Positions 25,369 through 64,000 of a stretch of DNA of 64,000 nt are shown one piece after another. Position numbers and translations under genes: made by a program. Source of the stretch: Macrostomum lignano. Lineage: Eukaryota. The number at the start of each line of letters is the position of its first letter. Position 1 is the first letter of the stretch. Under the pieces are notes generated by a model. That model did no database searches and was not told the origin of the DNA. It was given only the letters and a program-made list of their open reading frames with translations. The stretch covers positions 1 to 64,000 of the forward strand of contig NIVC01001741.1 of the NCBI GenBank assembly GCA_002269645.1, in the 5' to 3' direction.

Positions 25369-25702
25369 CCAAATGAAAATTCGCGTTTACAGCCTAATTA
25401 AAGCAGCATCAATGTTAATTGTATAATTCCTACATAGCCCCCAATTAATCCATCGCCTATTGGCCAGGATCACCACCAGCCAATCAGAGCTGCAGACGGT
25501 TGTAGTTACATTATTCGCTTCAACAGTTGATGAAGACAACTTGGCTGCCGCTGTGCGCGACCCAGATAATTCGCTGCCACCGAAGAGCAACTGCCCAAAT
25601 CAGCAAAGATGGACCCGTCGATCAGAGAGCGACTTTCGCTTGGATTGGACGACTAAGTAAAGCAAACAGGCCAAAACTGCGCCAGTTGTCACCTGAGACG
25701 GC

Positions 25703-55359
<29,657 letters not shown>

Positions 55360-55487
55360 CGTCGGCGTCTTGCTGGCCGCAAGAGGGGTGCTGCTTCAGT
55401 ATATATTTTATTTATGGGTAAGTTTGGCTGGATTTTATAATGTTGATTTTTCGTGTAGTCATTCATATATTGAGCATGAGCAGATTA

Positions 55488-55695
55488 GATGGCGCCCCAC
55501 TGTCCTCCTTGGCGCCCCACTGTCCTCCTTGGCGCCCCAGAGCCCTCATTGGCGCCCTATCGCCCTTTTTAGCGCTCTACTGTCTGGCGCCTCAGCGTCT
55601 TATTTGGCGCCCCACTGTCTTGTTTGGCGCCCCACTGTTTTCTTTGGCGCCCCACTGTTTTCTTTGGCGCCCCACTGTTTTACTTGGCGCCTAAC
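55488..55695. repeat. 20-bp TTGGCGCCCCACTG-based repeat
   Basis: Direct reading; degenerate. Confidence 0.85.
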
Positions 55696-56559
55696 AAATT
55701 ATACCTTTTGTTTTTAGTAATATCTTTCCAAATATTTAAGAACATATATTATACTGCAATTGGCTGCATGAATTACCCCAGAATAGTTCTATAACAATTT
55801 CACACGGTATCAAAATTGTTGCAATAAGTAAAGTTTATCTCTTCCATATTATTAGTTCTACTGCAAGTAGCACACTCGTAATATTCTATAAACAAATTTT
55901 AAAGCATGTTTTTATTTTGATTACTATTAACTACTTTTATTTACTCTTAAATGAATAAAGGGTATTATTCCTATCCATTTGTGACAGCTAAGTAACGGCA
56001 GTCAGTTTGCACTCAACTTTTTGTGACAATCAAACACTTCCAATTTCCAGCCTCTAATTCACGTCATTTCTGCCTATTTGTCATTCGCAAAAATTCACCA
56101 TTTTTGCACATATCGCCTACTATAAGTAGCTGACGCGATGCGCGCTATAAGCTGAATTTTTTATTTAGTAGTTTGTCAAATTGTCATGTCAATAATTAGA
56201 TACATTTTTCAACTAGTTGCCATGGTAACTAGGCTCTGTTGCAGCGCCGTAGGCTTAATAACATTTTTTCTAGCTCGCATAGGCGTTATTGGCAGAGAAA
56301 TTAAGAAACTTCTTTTGCTAGCTCGTAAATTTAACGAGCAGGAAATTCTCACTTGCTTCATCAAGCAAAACAAAACAGTTAATTATACAGTGTTTTATAA
56401 TTGACGCACTAACATTAACGTAAATTCCTGTTGATGGCATTTCTATCAAACTACTAACTCGAGTAGCGCATTGCGGGTGTTTTTGTTCCTAATTAGCTCG
56501 TGAAAATACACGTGATATGTATTTTATTTATGTAAGATTATGATTTTTAACTGAGAGAA

Positions 56560-58040
56560 GAGGATCTGTCACTGAGGGAGTAGACAAGCAGAGGATCTGT
56601 CACTGAGGGAGTAGACAAGCAGAGGATCTGTCACTGAGGGAGTAGACAAGCAGAGGATCTGTCACTGAGGGAGTAGACAAGCAGAGGATCTGTCACTGAG
56701 GGAGTAGACAAGCAGAGGATCTGTCACTGAGGGAGTAGACAAGCAGAGGATCTGTCACTGAGGGAGTAGACAAGCAGAGGATCTGTCACTGAGGGAGTAG
56801 ACAAGCAGAGGATCTGTCACTGAGGGAGTAGACAAGCAGAGGATCTGTCACTGAGGGAGTAGACAAGCAGAGGATCTGTCACTGAGGGAGTAGACAAGCA
56901 GAGGATCTGTCACTGAGGGAGTAGACAAGCAGAGGATCTGTCACTGAGGGAGTAGACAAGCAGAGGATCTGTCACTGAGGGAGTAGACAAGCAGAGGATC
57001 TGTCACTGAGGGAGTAGACAAGCAGAGGATCTGTCACTGAGGGAGTAGACAAGCAGAGGATCTGTCACTGAGGGAGTAGACAAGCAGAGGATCTGTCACT
57101 GAGGGAGTAGACAAGCAGAGGATCTGTCACTGAGGGAGTAGACAAGCAGAGGATCTGTCACTGAGGGAGTAGACAAGCAGAGGATCTGTCACTGAGGGAG
57201 TAGACAAGCAGAGGATCTGTCACTGAGGGAGTAGACAAGCAGAGGATCTGTCACTGAGGGAGTAGACAAGCAGAGGATCTGTCACTGAGGGAGTAGACAA
57301 GCAGAGGATCTGTCACTGAGGGAGTAGACAAGCAGAGGATCTGTCACTGAGGGAGTAGACAAGCAGAGGATCTGTCACTGAGGGAGTAGACAAGCAGAGG
57401 ATCTGTCACTGAGGGAGTAGACAAGCAGAGGATCTGTCACTGAGGGGGTAGACAAGCAGAGGATCTGTCACTGAGGGGATAGACAAGCAGGGGATCTGTC
57501 ACTGAGGGGGTAGACAAGCAGAGGATCTGTCACTGAGGGGGTAGACAAGCAGAGGATCTGTCACTGAGGGAGTAGACAAGCAGAGGATCTGTCACTGAGG
57601 GAGTAGACAAGCAGAGGATCTGTCACTGAGGGAGTAGACAAGCAGAGGATCTGTCACTGAGGGAGTAGACAAGCAGAGGATCTGTCACTGAGGGAGTAGA
57701 CAAGCAGAGGATCTGTCACTGAGGGAGTAGACAAGCAGAGGATCTGTCACTGAGGGAGTAGACAAGCAGAGGATCTGTCACTGAGAGGGTAGACAAGCAG
57801 AGGATCTGTCACTGAGGGAGTAGACAAGCAGGGGATCTGTCACTGAGGGAGTAGACAAGCAGAGGATCTGTCACTGAGGGAGTAGACAAGCAGAGGATCT
57901 GTCACTGAGGGAGTAGACAAGCAGGGGATCTGTCACTGAGGGAGTAGTCAAGCAGAGGATCTGTCACTGAGGGAGTAGACAAGCAGGGGATCTGTCACTG
58001 AGGGAGTAGACAAGCAGGGGATGTCACTGATGGAGTAGTG
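56560..58040. repeat. 31-bp near-perfect minisatellite
   Basis: Unit GAGGATCTGTCACTGAGGGAGTAGACAAGCA, about 47 copies, with variants only in the 3' part. Confidence 0.98.
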
Positions 58041-58130
58041 GACTAAACTAACTCGAAACCGGGCAGAAGCATCACGGAAGTACAGTCTCAGCACTGCTCA
58101 ACCACCAAACTCCTCACCCATCCTTAACAG

Positions 58131-58411
58131 GCGTTTTCGTCGGATGGCTCCGCCGCCTGCTGCCGTCGTATCATCGTCAATCTCGTCGCTATCGGACTGC
58201 CACCTCCCGACTCCATCGTGTTGTTGAAGTCGACGAGACGCCACCGGCAGCGGCCTCGGCGGCGACTACAAGCGCGGAGGATGGCGCCACGGAGCAGGTG
58301 CGCCTCGGACAACAACAGGAGGTCTTCTCCGTACGAGTAGCCTGCGGCCGAATCCGGGCCAGCCAGTCTGGTCAGCCTCTGATTGCCGACTCGCCAGACG
58401 GGTACATCTGA
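58131..58411 (+). CDS. Putative terminal exon of the GABA-B R2-like gene, reached only past the TGA at 55357
   Basis: Strong acceptor CTCACCCATCCTTAACAG. The phase-1 frame is open for 92 codons with GC-rich third positions (VFVGWLRRLLPSY..SPDGYI*). Its phase matches the GTAAGT donor at 55418. Confidence 0.55.
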
Positions 58412-58499
58412 CACTGCGGCAGTCCTGACACTGTTTGCGGCAGTCCTGACAACCACAAGCTTATGATCCTGGCACTCATGCGTTATAATTCTTACCCTT

Positions 58500-59290
58500 T
58501 TAAGCTACGATCCTGACACTAATAAGCTACAGAGCTGACACTCAAAAGCTACAGACCTGAAACTAATAAGCTAAAGAGCTGACACTAATTACAGACCTGA
58601 CACTATAAGCTACAGACCTGACACTAATAAGCTACAGATCTGACACTAATAAGCTAAAGAGCTGACACTAATAAGCTACAGACCTGACACTAATAAGCTA
58701 CAGACCTGAAACTAATAAGCTACAGACCTGACACTAATAAGCTACAGACCTGACACTAATAAGCTACAGACCTGACACTAATAAGCTACAGACCTGACAC
58801 TAATAAGCTAAAGAGCTGACACTAATAAGCTACAGACCTGACACTAAAAAGCTACAGACCTGACACTAATACGAGTAAGCTACAGAACTGACACTAATTA
58901 GCTACGTGCAGACCTGACACTAATAAGCTACAGACCTGACACTAATAAGCTACAGACCTGACACTAATAAGCTAAAGAGCTGACACTAATAAGCTACAGA
59001 CCTGACACTAATAAGCTACAGACCTGACACTAATAAGCTACAGACCTGAAACTAATAAGCTACAGACCTGACACTAATAAGCTACAGACCTGACACTAAT
59101 AAGCTAAAGAGCTGACACTAATAAGCTAAAGAGCTGACACTAATAAGCTACAGACCTGACACTAAAAAGCTACAGACCTGACACTAATACGAGTAAGCTA
59201 CAGAACTGACACTAATTAGCTACGTGCAGACCTGACACTAATAAGCTACAGACCTGACACTAATACGAGTAAGCTACAGACCTGACACTT
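58500..59290. repeat. 22-bp minisatellite
   Basis: Unit CTGACACTAATAAGCTACAGAC. Confidence 0.95.
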
Positions 59291-59693
59291 AAATGTATAG
59301 GTAAATTTCATAAGCTTCAGTAGAAGCTTGTTTTCTTGCCAATTAAAAATTCAAATATCAGATTTCTGTTTACGATTAACGACTTTAACCGTTAAACTTA
59401 CGAGTAATCATAATCGGCCTTCAAAGGTTTAAGGGTAGACCATAATTTGAACTAATCTGACATTTTTAACAGGTCATCAACAGAGCAAAACAGATAACTC
59501 AGAAGCAAATTATTATTCAAATACTAAAGTACTTTAAACTTAATCATATATTTACGCAAATGAACTATCAAACAATGCTCATTTTTGCCTCATTTGATGG
59601 CATTTTTAATTAAATTTCAAACGCTTATTAGCTACTAGATGCTAGTAGTTAGTTTTATTCTGCACTGTTCATCCATCAATATCATTTAATTGG

Positions 59694-59760
59694 AACCTCG
59701 TGGCGGCAGAACGGCTCATCTTTTCTGTGCCAAAGGACGCGGGCTCGAATCCACGAATGA
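59694..59760 (+). mobile_element. tRNA-like SINE head or tRNA pseudogene
   Basis: A-box-like TGGCGGCAGAACGG and B-box-like GGCTCGAATCC at tRNA-like spacing. I could not fold a clean cloverleaf. Confidence 0.4.
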
Positions 59761-60104
59761 GTAGAAAAGTAATATATAGTAGACTAGGCACATATGTGGG
59801 TGTAAATGCTCTGCTATTATGGAATTCTTATGCACTAACTCGAACCATTCACTCCATTGATTGACATTGATTTTCCAATTTTCAATTTATGCTTCCGTAG
59901 CGGGGTCTGCGACTGCCCGCTACAAAAATGACCGACTATGCCTGATTAGCACAGGTTTTTTATAACTATTAGTATGTTTTATTATCGCAGATTATAAATG
60001 CTACCTAAATATAAGTAATACCTGCCGTACGATCTAAACCACTTGCTACTCTCTGTGATGCTGTAAAATCAAGTTATGTATTTGGGATCTACATTTGGGT
60101 AAGC

Positions 60105-60257
60105 AGACAGACACTAACAGGTAGATCGACAGAAAGACAGACAGGCAGGTAGACACAGATAGACAGGCAGACAGACAGACATGCAGTTAGATAGACAGAC
60201 AGAAAGACAGACAGGTAGACACAGATAGACAGGCAGGTAGACAGACAGTAATGTAGT

Positions 60258-60319
<62 letters not shown>

Positions 60320-60545
60320 TGCAGTTAGATAGACGGACAGACAGACAGACAGATAGATAGGCACAGAAAGACAGACAAATAGATAGGCAGGCAGACAGGC
60401 AGATAGACAGGCAGGCAGACAGACAGACAGACAGGCAGACAAGACAGACAGACAGACAGATAGACAGGCAGACAGACAGATAGACAGGCAGAAAGACAGA
60501 CAGACAGACAGGCAGGCAGGCAGATAGACAGACAGACAGATAGGC

Positions 60546-60584
<39 letters not shown>

Positions 60585-60689
60585 TAGACAGGCAGAAAGA
60601 CAGACAGACAGACAGGCAGGCAGATAGACAGACAGACAGATAGGCAGACAGATAGGCAGACAGACAGACAGATAGACAGGCAGACAGAC

Positions 60690-60732
<43 letters not shown>

Positions 60733-61187
60733 TAGACAGGCAGAAAGACAGACAGACAGACAGGCAGGCAGGCAGATAGACAGACAGACAGATAGGCAGA
60801 CAGATAGACAGACAGACAGACAGATAGGCAGACAGACAGACAGATAGACAGGCAGACAGACAGATAGACAGTCAGACAGATAGACAGATAGGCAGACAGA
60901 CAGACAGATAGACAGGCAGACAGACAGATAGACAGTCAGACAGATAGACAGGCAGGCAGACAGACAGACAGATAGACAGGCAGACAGACAGATAGACAGT
61001 CAGACAGATAGACAGGCAGACAGACAGATAGACAGTCAGACAGATAGACAGGCAGGCAGACAGACAGACAGATAGACAGGCAGACAGACAGATAGACAGT
61101 CAGACAGATAGACAGGCAGGCAGACAGATAGACAGGCAGACAGACAGATAGACAGTCAGACAGATAGACAGGCAGGCAGACAGACAG
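60105..61187. repeat. Mixed GACA/GATA/GGCA microsatellite
   Basis: Direct reading. Confidence 0.95.
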
Positions 61188-61687
61188 GGTCATTTCAACC
61201 ATTTGGGCTGAAAACGCGCAAGCCAGACAAAGAGAAAAGAGAAAACAAAGAGCAGTATAAAAATAATTTTTTATAATCACGCGAAAATTTACCGCCTCAT
61301 CCGTAATGTGAAGCTTGTACATATTCGTATATTGTTGTAAACGAACGAACGAGTTGACATTAGAGTATAAAAATAACAATGATAAATTTATATATAGCAT
61401 AACTATTATTCCGCTGAATAATACAGATGCAATTTAAACAGCATAGAAACCGATATGCAGAAAAGCAAAAATGGGATATCATATAAAATAAATGTTCACC
61501 GCACCAATACAAATGATCTCGCTAACTGAGATGTAAATAAAACTGAGTGACACATGCATAGTAAAATAAATCTATTCTAAATAACTCGTAATCTCTATAC
61601 TGTTGATTGGTCCTCGTGAACTGGTTTCGGGTGTTAATCATCTAAAAATTTTGTCACACCTTACTAATCTCCATTCTCATATTGGGG

Positions 61688-61760
61688 GGGGGTGTAGCCT
61701 TAGTGGTCTGGCGCGGCGCTCTGATGTGCCAGCGGCCCAGGCTCGATTCCAAGTGCAGTC
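61688..61760 (+). mobile_element. tRNA-like SINE head
   Basis: A-box-like TAGCCTTAGTGG and B-box-like GGCTCGATTCC. Confidence 0.45.
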
Positions 61761-62749
61761 ACATAATTTCGGACTATATTGGAATCTCGGCTTGGCTCTG
61801 CTCGTGCAATTCCGTTAGGGCCGCTGTACACTCCTGTGTGAGTGTGTGCCTGTGCGTATGACTGCGTACGTATCCGCGCGCTTGTGTGCCTGCTCAGGGG
61901 AGTCGGCGGAATGGGCAGCAATGCCTCTCGCCGGTTGTGTGACAATGTCGCTTAAAGTGCGCCAGGGTGCACAGTTGCATACCGACAGACAGAAACATCT
62001 GTAAATTTTATATGTCGAACACAGAGCTTGATTTGAGCACTGAGCACAGGAGCTACAACCATTAGACAGAAATTGCTTTTAGAAGAGAGACAGCATCTGC
62101 CCTTGGCTTCATCTGCATCTTCATCTGTCTGTATACAAAGCTTATTTCTGCTGCAGTCAATCAAAGAATTCAACTAAATCTAATAAACATAGGGTCTCAT
62201 TTTAGAGCTGAAAATTCATAAATATATCTACGAGATTCTGAGAACAATGCGAACAAGACATCATTAATTATGTAATCAATCAAACAATTTACTTTGAACG
62301 GTAAACTGGGAGCGCAGTGCTCACTTGAGTATAGAAAGACGGCAACTGTTAACTACATGATGACAGACATGCAATCAGACAGGCTCGTGCACAATGTACA
62401 TGTACAGATTTTGCAATAAGCATAACTTCAGGCACTAGTAAGATTAATTACTGGCATAGACTTAGTTAATGCCTATTATATGAATATAATGTAAGCGGTC
62501 CAACAATATTAACAGGTATCAAATCAGTTAACTGCGAGATGAAATAATACTCGTAAATGACAAAAACTTATTGGTCTCCTGCATGCACGAGCATCCCAAC
62601 ACTAGGTCTAACCATTTAACTAATAACTAAGTAGGTCTAACTATTTAAAATCTCACCAATAGTCGACAATACAAATTTTCAGAATCTGACCTCCCCAAAT
62701 TCAAAATCCAGATCACAGGATTCTCGCCCGTGTGACTGCAAAACACTTG

Positions 62750-64000
62750 AATTTCACCTATAAGATTTCAGAGCTCTAGAATCTCACCCATTAGATTTCA
62801 GGGCTTTAGAATCTTACCTATAAGATTTCAGAGCTCTAGAATCTCACCCATAATATTTCAGAGCTCTAGAATTTCACCTATAAGATTTCAGAGCTCTAGA
62901 ATCTCACCTATAAGATTTCAGAGCTCTAGAATCTCACCCATAATATTTCAGAGCTCTAGAATCTCACCTATAATATTTGAGACCTCTAGAATCTCACCCA
63001 TAATATTTCAGAGCTCTAGAATCTCACCTATAAGATTTCAGGGCTTTAGAATCTTACCTATAAGATTTCAGGGGTCTGGAATCTCACCTATAATATTTCA
63101 GAGCTCTAGAATCTCACCCATAATATTTCAGAGCTCTAGAATCTCACCCATAATATTTCAGAGCTCTAGAATCTCACCTATAAGATTTCAGAGCTCTAAA
63201 ATCTCACCTATAATATTTCAGAGCTCTAGAATCTCACCCATAATATTTCAGTGCTCTAGAATTTCACCCATAATATTTCAGAGCTCTAGAATCTCACCCA
63301 TAATATTTCAGAGCTCTAGAATCTCACCCATAATATTTCAGAGCTCTAGAATCTCACCCATAATATTTCAGAGCTCTAGAATCTCACCCATAATATTTCA
63401 GAGCTCTAGAATCTCACCTATAAGATTTCAGAGCTCTAAAATCTCACCTATAATATTTCAGAGCTCTAGAATCTCACCCATAATATTTCAGAGCTCTAGA
63501 ATCTCACCCATAATATTTCAGAGCTCTAGAATCTCACCCATAATATTTCAGAGCTCTAGAATCTCACCCATAATATTTCAGAGCTCTAGAATCTCACCCA
63601 TAATATTTCAGAGCTCTAGAATCTCACCCATAATATTTCAGAGCTCTAGAATCTCACCCATAATATTTCAGAGCTCTAGAATCTCACCCATAATATTTCA
63701 GAGCTCTAGAATCTCACCCATAATATTTCAGAGCTCTAGAATCTCACCTATAATATTTGAGACCTCTAGAATCTCACCCATAATATTTCAGAGCTCTAGA
63801 ATCTCACCTATAAGATTTCAGGGCTTTAGAATCTTACCTAGAAGATTTCAGGGGTCTGGAATCTCACCCATAATATTTCAGAGCTCTAGAATCTCACCTA
63901 TAATATTTGAGACCTCTAGAATCTCACCCATAATATTTCAGAGCTCTAGAATCTCACCTATAAGATTTCAGGGCTTTAGAATCTTACCTATAAGATTTCA
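62750..64000. repeat. 30-bp minisatellite running off the window end
   Basis: Unit ATAATATTTCAGAGCTCTAGAATCTCACCC. Confidence 0.96.

Noticed and set aside
58124-58456. Minus-strand 110-aa ORF
   Set aside because: It is the exact in-register antisense shadow of the plus-strand frame at 58133-58411, which has the convincing splice acceptor.
61952-62173. Possible minus-strand exon of another gene
   Set aside because: Low GC, no recognisable motif and no linked exons.

Overview
Eukaryotic (metazoan) genomic DNA with GC-rich exons, AT-rich intergenic DNA and a different minisatellite in most introns. This architecture suggests a free-living flatworm such as Macrostomum, which is an inference. 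Five protein genes can be reconstructed. (1) A 3-exon TRIM-NHL gene (RING, B-box-like, coiled coil, NHL repeats; minus strand), whose last exon shows apparent 1-bp indels. (2) COX4 (2 exons, minus). (3) An intronless unrecognised ORF (minus). (4) A RASL10-like small GTPase (2 exons, minus). (5) A GABA-B receptor subunit 2-like class C GPCR with at least 21 exons on the plus strand (25.7-58.4 kb). Mobile DNA includes tRNA-CORE SINE copies, several MITEs with verifiable target-site duplications (one only 36 bp long) and a LINE fragment. The most notable observation is an in-frame TGA in the middle of a frame-preserving penultimate exon of the GABA-B R2-like gene, followed by a further coding-like exon. 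It is a candidate for stop-codon readthrough or a nonsense variant. There is no prokaryotic content and no CRISPR array.
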